The notes under the pieces: generated by a model
Told to the model about the DNA's origin: nothing
Database searches by the model: none
Seen by the model: only the letters and a program-made list of their open reading frames with translations
Position numbers and translations under genes: made by a program
Shown here: positions 10,099 through 22,125 of the stretch, one piece after another
Position numbering within the stretch: the stretch's first letter is position 1
Layout: each line of letters begins with the position of its first letter
Source: Octopus bimaculoides
Lineage: Eukaryota
Direction: 5' to 3'
DNA: 38,717 nt
Assembly: GCF_001194135.2 (NCBI RefSeq)
Contig: NC_068988.1
Coordinates: 62,472,722 to 62,511,438, forward strand

Positions 10099-11958
10099 TT
10101 CAGTAGTTTTATTTTTATAACGTGCTTTCACTTCACTACCGAGCGCAGCTCTGTGCGCCTCGGGTATGTGCTGTGGTTTGCTGTGGTGCTCTTATGTTTA
10201 CTGTATTGAAAGTGTTTTGCGTAGAATGTGTGCAGTACCCAGTAGTGCAATTTTCTGTATGTTANNNNNNNNNNNNNNNNNNNNNNNNNNNNNNNNNNNN
10301 NNNNNNNNNNNNNNNNNNNNNNNNNNNNNNNNNNNNNNNNNNNNNNNNNNNNNNNNNNNNNNNNNNNNNNNNNNNNNNNNNNNNNNNNNNNNNNNNNNNN
10401 NNNNNNNNNNNNNNNNNNNNNNNNNNNNNNNNNNNNNNNNNNNNNNNNNNNNNNNNNNNNNNNNNNNNNNNNNNNNNNNNNNNNNNNNNNNNNNNNNNNN
10501 NNNNNNNNNNNNNNNNNNNNNNNNNNNNNNNNNNNNNNNNNNNNNNNNNNNNNNNNNNNNNNNNNNNNNNNNNNNNNNNNNNNNNNNNNNNNNNNNNNNN
10601 NNNNNNNNNNNNNNNNNNNNNNNNNNNNNNNNNNNNNNNNNNNNNNNNNNNNNNNNNNNNNNNNNNNNNNNNNNNNNNNNNNNNNNNNNNNNNNNNNNNN
10701 NNNNNNNNNNNNNNNNNNNNNNNNNNNNNNNNNNNNNNNNNNNNNNNNNNNNNNNNNNNNNNNNNNNNNNNNNNNNNNNNNNNNNNNNNNNNNNNNNNNN
10801 NNNNNNNNNNNNNNNNNNNNNNNNNNNNNNNNNNNNNNNNNNNNNNNNNNNNNNNNNNNNNNNNNNNNNNNNNNNNNNNNNNNNNNNNNNNNNNNNNNNN
10901 NNNNNNNNNNNNNNNNNNNNNNNNNNNNNNNNNNNNNNNNNNNNNNNNNNNNNNNNNNNNNNNNNNNNNNNNNNNNNNNNNNNNNNNNNNNNNNNNNNNN
11001 NNNNNNNNNNNNNNNNNNNNGTTGCTGTTCTAGTTTTAGTTTGGATTTCATTTGTTTTATAGCTTTTGTTGTTTCCTCTTCTTCTTCCTCGTATTTGTTA
11101 GGTAGATTGATCTCTTGTTTGTATTTGTCAGCTTCCTTAAATACTGAAAACAGCTTTTTGTTTTGCTCGTGTTTTGTGGCTATTTGTATTAATTTCCCTT
11201 GCTTTTGGATTAGGTATTTTTGCAGTCCTATGGTGGTTATTTCATAATAGTTTTCTAGCTGTATAAGACCCCTGCCACCTTCTCTGCGTTGTATATATAG
11301 CCTTTCTATGTCAGATTTTGGGTGGTGCATCCTATACCCTGTCATTATTTTCTTCTTTTCCTGTCTATTTTACATAATTCGTTTAGTGTCCAGTTAAGGA
11401 TGTTGTAGCTGTAGCTTATAACTGGGACAGCTAAAGTGTTGATACCCATTATCTTGTTAGCATTGAGTTCTGTTTTTAGTATTGATTTAACTCGTCTATA
11501 ATACTCTTTCTTTATTTTTTCTTTCATTTGTGTATGTTGTGTCCTATCTAGTTCATTGAATCCTAAATACTGGTATGGTTGGCTTTCGTCTAGTTCTCTT
11601 ATTTCATTGGCTTTATCTAGTGTTATATTGCTGCTTTTAACTAATTTTCCTCTTTTCAGGGTTGCTTTGGCACATTTTTGTAATCCGAATTTCATATCTA
11701 TTTCCTTGGTAAAGCCGTGTTCTGTCTATAGTAGTGTTTCTAGCTCTTTGTTGTTTTTAGCATATAATTTTAGGTCATCCATATATAGAAGGTGGCTGAC
11801 TGTTTTCCCGTAGCATTTGTAACCGCATAACACCTATTTAGCAATTCTGTTAAAGGTGTGAGTGCCAGGCAGAACAGGAGTGGAGAGAGCGTGTCTTCCT
11901 GGAATATTCCTCTTCTAATGGGGATGGCTGTAGTACTGTTTGCCATTTGTTCATTGCG
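10099..11958 (-). mobile_element. 5'-truncated R4/Dong-clade non-LTR retrotransposon (copy 1), spanning an N gap
   Basis: IPIRRGIFQEDTLSPLLFCLAL, HLLYMDDLK, MKFGLQKCAK, HPKSDIERLYIQRREGGRGLIQLE. After the gap, the C-terminus NIQKIALLGTAHILRKTLSIQ* and a 3' UTR end in (TAA)n. Confidence 0.85.
10265..11020. other. Assembly gap (N run)
   Basis: Run of n. Confidence 1.
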
Positions 11959-11965
11959 TGCCCAC

Positions 11966-12019
11966 GGGCATATGGCGTAGTGGTTAAGAGCGCGGGCTAC
12001 TAACCTCAACATTCTGAGT
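11966..12019 (+). mobile_element. Isolated tRNA-like SINE head (truncated before the B box is complete)
   Basis: GGGCATATGGCGTAGTGGTTAAGAGCGCGGGCTACTAACC: A-box TGGCGTAGTGG (11973-11983), D-arm and anticodon-arm-like segment. Sequence stops at GAGT. Confidence 0.65.
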
Positions 12020-12029
12020 ATATATCTAT

Positions 12030-13520
12030 CTATCTCCTCGCCTTCCTCCTTCATTATTCGTGGGTCAAAAGGGCATACAACGTCAACTATATAGAATAGT
12101 TTGTTCCCCTTGTCCACCACCAATAGGTCCAGTCTGTTATGCTCTAGCACCTGATTTGTTTGGATTGGGAAATCACAGAAGATTTGCTAGTCTCCACCTC
12201 TGCCACTCGTTGCGGTTTTTGTTCATATCACGCCTTGCCTCTCACTAACCCCACTTTTGGCACAGTTTCTAACATAGCACTTCCGCTGCCTGGTGTGGTC
12301 AAAACCTGTAGTGATATGGGTAATGGTTTCATCCATGCCATTGCAGACCCGGCACAACTGAGACACTTGCTGAATCCTCAGGCTGACCCTACAGTTCGTG
12401 ACCAAAGCTTGGGCATGCGCTTCGAGTATAGTGCTCTCGGTCTCTTTTTAGGGTTCATTTCATCAGCCAATCCCACCTATTTTTTTCCAGCAACTTCTGT
12501 TGCGACTACATAAAATTGATTGTGTAGTCCCTTCTTGCGTAATTCTTCTTCATGTCCTTTCTGTACTTACTCCTTTGTTTTCCTTTTTTTCTCTTCTCTC
12601 AATACTCCCTCATTCTAAACACTCACAAGCAAGGTTTCCTTACTTTGGGCTAAGCATCTCATTAAGCTCTCGAGTTCGATAGGCACGCAGGCTTCCACAC
12701 TTATCAGTCGTCTTCCTCAATTTGCTCTCTTAATGTCTAGTCGATTAGTGCTTGCAAGTGGATGATGGGCTACATGCTTCGTTAGGAGCCTTCTTGACTT
12801 CCTGTCTATCTCCTTTAGCTCCACCTCTGTCATCTTCAGGATTCCAGCACCATACCGAGGTACTGCGACTGCGCGCAAGTTTATTGCCGAAATTGTTTCT
12901 TATTTTTCTCACTTGCTGCAGGTACTCTCTTTTTAACATTTCCTTCATGTCGAGGCACTAGAGTCCATCGGCCTCAAGTATTACCATGTGTTTAAATCGG
13001 GATTGAGGTTGAAATGCCTTCATCATTTCACCACTGGGCAACCATATACCTTCTGTCCTGGCAAACGTTCCTCGTCTCGTCACCATCGTAGCACATTTTG
13101 AGAGCGAAAATTCCATCATAAAATCGTACAGACTGGAATAGGCTGTCCAGTTCTGCCTCAGTTTTTGTGAATAGCTTCGGGTCGTCCATGAATAGCATGT
13201 GGTTTAGTTTTCCTTTATCTCTTCCCAGATAATACCCTAACTTTGGTTTCTGTAGTATTTCACTCAGCGTGAATATCACTGGAGATACACTGTCCCCTTA
13301 GAAGACTTATCTAGTGATTTTCACCTCTCCTAGTACATGCTTCCCTACTATCAATTCCGTTCTCCAGTATTTCATTCTATTCCATATAAGGCTTCTCATA
13401 TCCTCTGCTAATCCATACATTTCCATGGTTTTTATTATCATGGAGCGTGGTATCCTACCGTATGCTTTGCGATAGTCAACCCATGCCATGCTTAGGTTCG
13501 TATATTTACTCTTGGAGTTC
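12030..13520 (-). mobile_element. Decayed R4/Dong-clade non-LTR retrotransposon (copy 2) with RT, zinc-finger and restriction-like endonuclease relics
   Basis: NLSMAWVDYRKAY, HMLFMDDPKLF, CRVCNGMDETITHITTG (CCHC-like) and HNRLDLLVVDKGNKLFYIVDVVCPFDPRI (PD-(D/E)xK REL endonuclease-like). Many frameshifts. Confidence 0.85.
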
Positions 13521-13534
13521 CATCATCATCATCA

Positions 13535-13567
<33 letters not shown>
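13521..13567. repeat. (CAT)n(TTA)n microsatellite at the 5' junction of Dong-like copy 2
   Basis: Direct reading. Confidence 0.95.
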
Positions 13568-13569
<2 letters not shown>

Positions 13570-14271
13570 GCAGATATATCAAAATATTATATTTAATACA
13601 TGTGGGAATGATAAATAGGTCTAAATACTTCGGAATGCTTGTGATCAATCATTACACAGAGAAATAAAATATTCTGACGAATTCGCACAAAGGCAAATGC
13701 ACTCCCCCCCCCATATATATATATATCTACAACCACGCGTACACACGCGCGCATAAACAAAAATAAATTCATACTCACATACACACATACATAAGTGCAT
13801 ACACAAATCTCACACATGAGCACATATAATGTCTCTGTGATTCCTTTACAAGCTCTAGAGACATCTATGTCTGTCTAGGGATTTCTTATTCAGCCAACGC
13901 TTCATTATTTCTGTCTTTCTTTCTATCTATTCGTCTGTCTGTCTATCTATATGTCTGCTTTCCGTCTGTTTCCACATCTCTTTCGACATCTATTTTTGTA
14001 TGTGTAAGTCCATATACGTACATGCATATGTTGTGAGTTTATATCCTCCGCCTACACCTACATTTTAGCTGGACAGAAACATAAATAGGCTGGATAATAA
14101 AGTAAGTCGACGAGAGAAAGAGTGAGACAAATTGAGGTGTTGCTCATGAGGTCAACAGATTACAACCAAAAATCTAGCGAAAATACAGATGCATACGACT
14201 GTAAATAATACTCTCTACATACATACTTACGCAGACAGAGGCATCCATCTATGAATAAGTTACCCTAAACA

Positions 14272-14620
14272 AGGCGGCGAGCTGGCAGAAACGTTAGCAC
14301 GCCGGGCGAAATGCATAGCGGTATTTCGTCTGCTGTTACGTTCTGAGTTAAAATTCTGTCTTTGTTTGTCCCCTATATGTTTAGCCCCTTGTGGGCAATA
14401 AAGAAATGAGGAACGTTAGCACGCAGGGCGAAATGCTTCGTGGCATTTCGTCTGTCTATACGTTTTGAATTCAAATTCCGCCGAGGTCGACTTTGTCTTT
14501 CATCATTTCGTGGTCGATAAACTAACTACCAGTTGCGCACAGGGGTCGATCTAATCGAGAACCCCCCCCCCAACCCACGGCGCAAAAAAATTTGGGCCTT
14601 GTGGTTAGAGTACAAAAGAA
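14272..14620 (+). mobile_element. Two tandem family A SINEs (first internally deleted, second lacking its extreme 5' end)
   Basis: AACGTTAGCACGC(C/A)GGGCGAAATGC occurs twice (~14290 and ~14413); homologous to 3812-4048. Confidence 0.85.
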
Positions 14621-16236
14621 TAAATTACCTCCGACACACAAAGACACACAGATACAAACTCATATGAACATATGTACATAACACAAGATTTCCTCGTCAA
14701 TTAACGAATTTATGGTTTTCAAATGATTCCTTACGTTAGCCGTATTCATATCGTTCTTATAAAATGATATATGCTTACCATATTTGTTATTACTAATTAA
14801 AAAGCATAACAGGTGTGAAGTATAATGTTTTTTCTTAATATCTGTATCCTTCTCTATTGCCTCGATGAGTGAAGATTACATGATAGCGAATGCGCAGGAT
14901 TATAAGAGAAAAAACACAATTTAAAGGAATAAAGAAAAAAAAAGAGAAAGGGAGGAGGAAAAGAGGTAATTTAATGTCAGTATTCTTTCGATTTCTCTTA
15001 ACATTTTCCATAAAAAAATATCCTTGTTTGCATACGATGTTCTTATCTTATAATTAGTTTTTCATCTTCCAAGAAATGTAATTTCAGCATTTCAGTTATT
15101 CAGAAAGAGAAACCGTCTTATACTGCTGTTTTCGGTATTTGATAAACGTTACTTTCCCTATTTTGCTTGCGTAGAATATTTATTCATATACATTAGTGCT
15201 GAACCATTTCCTTACGACTTATGACTTTTAACCATTGCAATTTTTTTTTCACTGCTTTATCATTGTTAAAGTATAAAGACATTCTATTGTTATTTAGTGA
15301 TAATTGAAATATATTTCATTAAGGAATATATAAAGCTAGATCTCGCACACAATTGTGCTGCAAAATCTTGGCAAATGCATCTGATTCACGCTTTCTATAT
15401 ATATCATGTCACAACAACTCTTCTTTCTAGTGCAAATAAAGAGTTTGAAATATTTAATACACCTATGATTAATGAGGATGATATTGTAATTGATTTACGA
15501 ATAGAATGACACATGTTTCTAAGGCGAATGTGAAAGAAATATTGGTAAGTTGTATATTGTGTTTGAAAAATTATTTCCACATTTACATTCAAATAATGAT
15601 CCAAGGCTCCGCGCATGCGTCACAAAATTCCGGAGATAGTGTCTATAAAAGTAGTTATACTGTTAATTGATGAAACAAATGTGTAATAAAATCTTAGGAG
15701 AAATTTTTGTAATAATAAAATTAAGAAAAATAATACTCAGATCAGAGGAAGTTTATAGGGGCTAGGAAAACAAACACAAAATATTTCTTTATACATTGAA
15801 GAGTATTATTAAACAGACTTCAGAAGCTCCGTATGTTATTCGATGGTTAGAATTCACACACGAACACGCACAAACTCATAGACACAGACACAAACACACT
15901 CACACGCACGCATGCACGCACACACACATACATACTGTATTTAAAATAAGATATGTTTAGTATGGACTTCCTGTAACGATTGTGCAATGATATATAGTAA
16001 CCGGCCAGAGTTAACTGAATCATGTCTACACTTATGTGCCGCACCGAATTTCTTTCGTAATGACTTTTGGATGATGCATTGTTTTTGTTTTTTTATGAAA
16101 TGATGTACAAATACGATTCAGATGGTGCACATACGGTGTATATTCAGATTATATTGGTATTTCATATGATAACATATTTTTGGAAAAGTGATGAATGTCA
16201 GTATGTATATTTGGTAACCCAACAATTTTTATTTGC

Positions 16237-16283
16237 ATATAATTGTAATCTGATATAATTGTTATCTGATATAATTGTAATCT
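16237..16283. repeat. 16-bp minisatellite, about 3 units (ATATAATTGTAATCTG)
   Basis: Units at 16237, 16253 and 16269. Confidence 0.8.
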
Positions 16284-17119
16284 ATTCAGTCGGAAAGTAT
16301 TTGTCGAAATCTTCATTCAAAAATACCTAATTTTCCGAAATCTCCTGCGAGTTTTCGAAACCTTCTGTTCACAGTTCCCCGAAAACATTGTCGTCACAGT
16401 CAATTCAGATTTAATGAGAATATACATTATCTGAAGCATATATGTAGGAAGTTTCATTTAAAAATATCCACTTTTAAGCAAGTTATGACGAAACAAATTC
16501 GGTGTGGCATATTTGTATGTATACGGTCATTGCCTTAACGTAAGTGATACTAACATTACATTGCTATTATATATCTACATCTCGGTTTGCTCTGCCTCGC
16601 TTTCGTTTTGTATGTAGCAGTATTTAATTATATAACTGCATGTTATACAAACAAAGGACATACTTGTCTTCTTCAGCTTGCATCAAAAGTGTCTCAGTAA
16701 TGTGAATGAAATGGACCCAGTTTTTGACGACACATAAACATAAATAGGATAACGGTATTTATGATAATTTCGTGTTTAGTAAGGAATACTAACCATATTG
16801 AAAATACCTCGTAGTGTATGTGTGTGTGTGTGTGTGTGTATTGAAATTTATAGGCAATATTTACAGAATCTTTCATTACTTCATAAATCCGCATTCTTTT
16901 AGCATAATTGCATTTCATCTTATAGCTCTACTTCATGTTTTCTATTAACGATGTTAGAGCTTCATTCATGCTGCTTGTCTTATCAGTATTCTTCCCACAT
17001 GCCAGTCATCTGTATACATTGGCAGATACACTATAGGAATATCTGATATAGTGATTTTAAATCAAGGTAAATTCCACTATCTTAAAGATACCGCGTTCGC
17101 ATCTGAGTATGCGTGTGTA

Positions 17120-17165
17120 GTTGTTTGTGTGTGTGTGTGTTTGTATGTGTTTATGTGTGTGTGTG

Positions 17166-17200
<35 letters not shown>
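17120..17200. repeat. (GT)n microsatellite
   Basis: Direct reading. Confidence 0.95.
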
Positions 17201-17201
<1 letters not shown>

Positions 17202-17384
17202 GATTTGATCGTCTATGTTTAGTCCACTGTAGGAACAAGGCAGGCCTCAGCATTTTCTTTCTACCAACCACGCTCCTATGTGGAGGCCATGAATTTGAGC
17301 TTCTGATCACACTGATGTAATGAGCTTATTTTGTCACACTGGTATGACATGGATTGACAAATGGTGACAATTATTATACTCATA

Positions 17385-17575
17385 CTCAGGAGTAGCCAAG
17401 TCGAAAACATCGACCAGAGCGATCAGCTAAATCTTATTGTATCGTACCCGAATGGATAACAGATAAAGTGAACCACGGCGGAATTTCAACTCAGAACATA
17501 ATAACTGACGAAATAACACTAAGTAGTTCACACGTCATGCTATCAATGCTGCCAGCTGGTTGCCATGAGTATGGT
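17385..17575 (-). mobile_element. Decayed family A SINE
   Basis: CGGCGGAATTTCAACTCAG and GACGAAATA...GCTGCCAGCT relics match family A. Confidence 0.65.
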
Positions 17576-18109
17576 ACTAGGAATTTTTTCTGGACCTACA
17601 TATCACTGAATTTGGATATACAATTGTAATATATGAAAGAACACTTTGGTTATAAGCACATGATTTGGGGCACCATTGATTTGATTTGTTATATAAAACG
17701 TTTCCACGTGTATAACATAATCAATTTTTTAAAAGTATAAGTGAATGAAAGCTAGTAGAAGTTTATAAATTATAATATATGATACATTTCGCTTGTGTTC
17801 ATTTCAAGACATTATAACATCCATGGATTTGATAATGCCTAATATAGGCACATGTCTTGAAATTTGTGGGGAAGGGTATATTCGATTGCTCAATACGGGT
17901 TTATATTTTATCGTCCCGGAAAGGATGACATCTAAGCTCGAACTCAGGGTAGTGCTAATTATGAATGTAGAGCATGAAGAAATGCCGCTAAGCATTTGTT
18001 CGGCTTGCCAACGACTCTACCAGCTTATCGTACATTGGCATTCCTTTGTACCATTGACAAGAGGACAGGAAGTTTTGGTGGCAGTGTGTTGCTTATAACG
18101 ATAAAAATC

Positions 18110-18243
18110 AAGATTGTTACTGAAACGACCCGAAACGATAAAAAGTCGACCTCAGCGGAATTTGAACTCAGAGCGTACAGATAGACGAAATACCGCTAAG
18201 CATTCTTTCCGGCGTGCTAACATTTTCGCCAGCTCGGCGCTTC
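18110..18243 (-). mobile_element. Family A SINE, 5' part
   Basis: GTCGACCTCAGCGGAATTTGAACTCAG...GACGAAATACCGCTAAGCAT...GCTAACATTTTCGCCAGCTC. Confidence 0.8.
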
Positions 18244-18657
18244 CTCATCCCCACTCTGCTTTGATAATGAATCAAATATTACGGTGTCTACATACACACC
18301 CTCGAAAGCAGATAGTAAATTATGTGGTTTATATCTCATATATTGAAAACATAAAAATGCATCTTAAATATATGTTTAGATATCTATTACAACACTCAAC
18401 AAGAGAATCATATTGCTGTCAAAGCTTTTAATGAAAAGTATACAAATGTAGTAATACCGAGAAAGTAAGTTGTTTTCAGACAAAGTGATTTCGTCGTTAT
18501 TGCAAACACGGAAACGTTTACACAAGGCACAACGCAGAGTTGAATGTGTGTGTATATGTGTGCGTATAACCAGATATACACGCATATATATTATATATAT
18601 GTGCGTGTATAAGTTTATATGATTATATACATATATACATGCATATATGTGTGTTTC

Positions 18658-18715
<58 letters not shown>

Positions 18716-19325
18716 TCCATACATTCATGCACCAAGCTACATACATATTGACATATACATATATATATGTGTGTGTGTATGTATGTAAATATATACGTAT
18801 ATGTAAGCATGCGTACAGAGACAAAGAAAGAGTGTATGTGATGCATCTGCATATGTGCGCTTCTGTGTTTATACGTCTTTATATTGATATATGTTGGCAA
18901 AATCAAAGGGATTTTCACACCTTTTCCAATGGTGTCATTTCTATAATTACAATAATGTCTCCATTGAGATTCTATTTAATAGCTTCTCGCTGCAGACAAT
19001 TTATTACCAGCTTGTATATATATCATAGACACTATACAACTTTGTCAGCGTAGGTAAATATTTATTTGTTTTCCTTTTAAATATTTGTTACTTTTGCTGA
19101 AGAGAAGTTATTATTAAACAAATCGATACCATCATGCATACACATACGACACTATTCATTATTCGATTATTCAAGACATAAACGTTGTCCATGATATATT
19201 CTCAATATCTTTATCCAAATAACACTCGCGTTTTGCATTGATTATTATCTATGGAGATTCGTGGAAATAAAAGCACAATGTGCATCTCCATATATATGTA
19301 CATGTGTGTGTGTGTGTGTGTGTGC

Positions 19326-19357
<32 letters not shown>

Positions 19358-19820
19358 NNNNNNNNNNNNNNNNNNNNNNNNNNNNNNNNNNNNNNNNNNN
19401 NNNNNNNNNNNNNNNNNNNNNNNNNNNNNNNNNNNNNNNNNNNNNNNNNNNNNNNNNNNNNNNNNNNNNNNNNNNNNNNNNNNNNNNNNNNNNNNNNNNN
19501 NNNNNNNNNNNNNNNNNNNNNNNNNNNNNNNNNNNNNNNNNNNNNNNNNNNNNNNNNNNNNNNNNNNNNNNNNNNNNNNNNNNNNNNNNNNNNNNNNNNN
19601 NNNNNNNNNNNNNNNNNNNNNNNNNNNNNNNNNNNNNNNNNNNNNNNNNNNNNNNNNNNNNNNNNNNNNNNNNNNNNNNNNNNNNNNNNNNNNNNNNNNN
19701 NNNNNNNNNNNNNNNNNNNNNNNNNNNNNNNNNNNNNNNNNNNNNNNNNNNNNNNNNNNNNNNNNNNNNNNNNNNNNNNNNNNNNNNNNNNNNNNNNNNN
19801 NNNNNNNNNNNNNNNNNNNC
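19358..19820. other. Assembly gap (N run) flanked by (TA)n
   Basis: Run of n. Confidence 1.
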
Positions 19821-19915
19821 ATTTTTATCAATTTGTTTACATATACATATAAATAAACATAATTATATATACACACATATATGTATATGAGTCTGCATAC
19901 ACATACATAAAACAT

Positions 19916-19947
<32 letters not shown>

Positions 19948-20521
19948 GTATACAGACATATACTTATACGTGTGTGTGTACAGCGTTACATAGATATGTG
20001 TGGGTGTGGGTGTGTGTATGTTCGTTTGATCATCTAGGGGATGGATGAATATATATATGTGATTCCGTGTGATATGATATTTCAGCTTTCTAACGAATTA
20101 CACTATTTAACTTCCACTAATAATATCAGACAATGTTGTCAAATGTAAACATTTGATGTGTGAAAGACAATGTTAATTGAACAAGCAAACCTAATAATGC
20201 TAAATTAATTTCTGAAAAATACATCAAAGCCTTGTGCCTAAGGTTGTTTGAACGAATGGAACTAATAAAAAGTACGATTTCATATATCGTTATAATGCCT
20301 CGGGAGATATGATATCACACTAATATTTAATAGTCATAGACGCATGCGCACAAATACACATAATATATGAATAGATTTCTATTCTTTTATTATTTTGCTT
20401 TACTTCATAAATTTCCCTTGTATTAGTCATTAGACTGCGACCAGTCCGTAGCATCGCTTTCACAAATATTGTCGGCTATGAAAACAATTGGAGTGATTTT
20501 AACACGAATTCTGCTTGCTGC

Positions 20522-20572
<51 letters not shown>

Positions 20573-20643
20573 TATGTATGTATATGTACACACACATTCA
20601 TATATCTATACATGTATATATATATATATGTATGCACACACAC

Positions 20644-20682
<39 letters not shown>

Positions 20683-20765
20683 GATTTGTGCGTGTATATA
20701 TATACATATGTGTGTATGTGTGTATGCATTATACACACACACACTCACACATTATACAAAAACAC

Positions 20766-21128
20766 AAATTCTGTTGACTGTTCTTCGAGCCACTTCTACA
20801 CTACAGTTTTCACGTCCTCGTCACTGGAAAACTGTTTGCCTCTCAAACCCTCTTTTATGGGACCGAAGTGATAATAGTCCAGTGACGAGTATATGAAAAC
20901 TGTAGTGAAGAAATGGCTCAAAGAACAGTCAACAGAATTTTACAGAGTGGGATACATGCTCTCATTCTAAGTTGAAACATTGCTATTGAGAGAAACGGTG
21001 ACTATGTTGAGAAGTAGGGATGTGATCCACGGAGAAACAGCTTCATTTTAATGTATTATATATGTTTCTGTTTTGGCAATTATACCTGTCCTAAACAAAA
21101 TGGTGTTACCTTTTGACTCACCCTTGTA
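20766..21128. mobile_element. Mariner 3'-end relics in divergent (fold-back) arrangement with right TIR
   Basis: Minus strand 20868->20766: [34 protein letters not shown]. Plus strand from 20879: SDEYMKTVVKKWLKEQSTEFY...AIERNGDYVEK*. TIR-like TTACCTTTTGACTCACCCTTG-TA at 21106-21128. Confidence 0.85.
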
Positions 21129-21890
21129 GTTATGCCGGCGACACAAAAGTGTTAAGAAAAGAAAAACCTAGATGTCATATGTAAACGGGCTGAAGAAAAC
21201 GACGTGCAATTTAATGCAGGAACATTCCAATCCCTATCAGTCACGGGGCACAAACATGCCGCAACAAAGTTGTTTTCTGCCCCAAATATCGACAGTCTCA
21301 GAGTCAAGTACAGTGCGTAATCTGGGGATTGATATAAGCAACAACTTCTATTTTCATGTAGATATTATCAAGATGGTGGCAATGTTCACGCGAATGGCCG
21401 GATGGCTCTAAGAAATTTCAGAACATTGGAACAAAAAGTTATGCTAGTCCTAAGAATATTTTCCACCTGGTTTCAAGTGTGGTTGCTACACAGTGTCAAG
21501 TTATTACTGGAACTTGTGGCATTTAAACAGTACTAAAGCTTGAAGATTGCATCGACTGAAAAAAGCTGAGCAAATGGGAGAGACTGAAAGAGTTGCGTCT
21601 CTATTTCCTAGAGAGAAAACGGGAGAGATAAGCGGTGATATCCACATGGAAGGTCTTAGAGGCGTTTGCTCCAAACTTTGGTATTGCGAGTTACTGGACG
21701 TCACTGTACTTTTCCAAGTGTCCCATCTGTATCGTCTGGAGTAAGTACCCTCAGCTAATATCTTGCTAAAACATTGGAGAAAGCTACATGGAACAAGGGT
21801 AAACAGTCTCAAGAAACTACAAGACATTTTTCTGCTGTGCATGGTGCCAGATGAACCAAGATTGCATCCAGAAACTCGAAAGAGGTAAGC
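21129..21890 (+). mobile_element. Decayed CR1/L2-type LINE, 3' part (similar type to 1520-2890)
   Basis: YAGDTK (YADD-like), AEENDVQFNA, VRNLGIDISN, RMAGW and a terminal ...FLLCMVPDEP-like segment. Confidence 0.75.
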
Positions 21891-22058
21891 AATACTGAAC
21901 TCATTCCTTCACGGAAAGACAATAACAAAAGAAAGGCCAATGAAAAGGTGACAATACTGGTGTGCTACAGCATGGACACAGTTGTGGGGATGAAATGTAT
22001 AAAAGCATAAAAGAATATGTATATATTTAATTATACATACATATACACTCACACGCGT

Positions 22059-22125
<67 letters not shown>

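Noticed and set aside
10122-11062. Long ORFs (298-405 aa), and similar ORFs at 952-1396, 19211-19927, 29099-29476 and 33615-34136
   Set aside because: They are inflated by N runs and dinucleotide repeats. Only the minus-strand Dong-derived parts are real coding relics.
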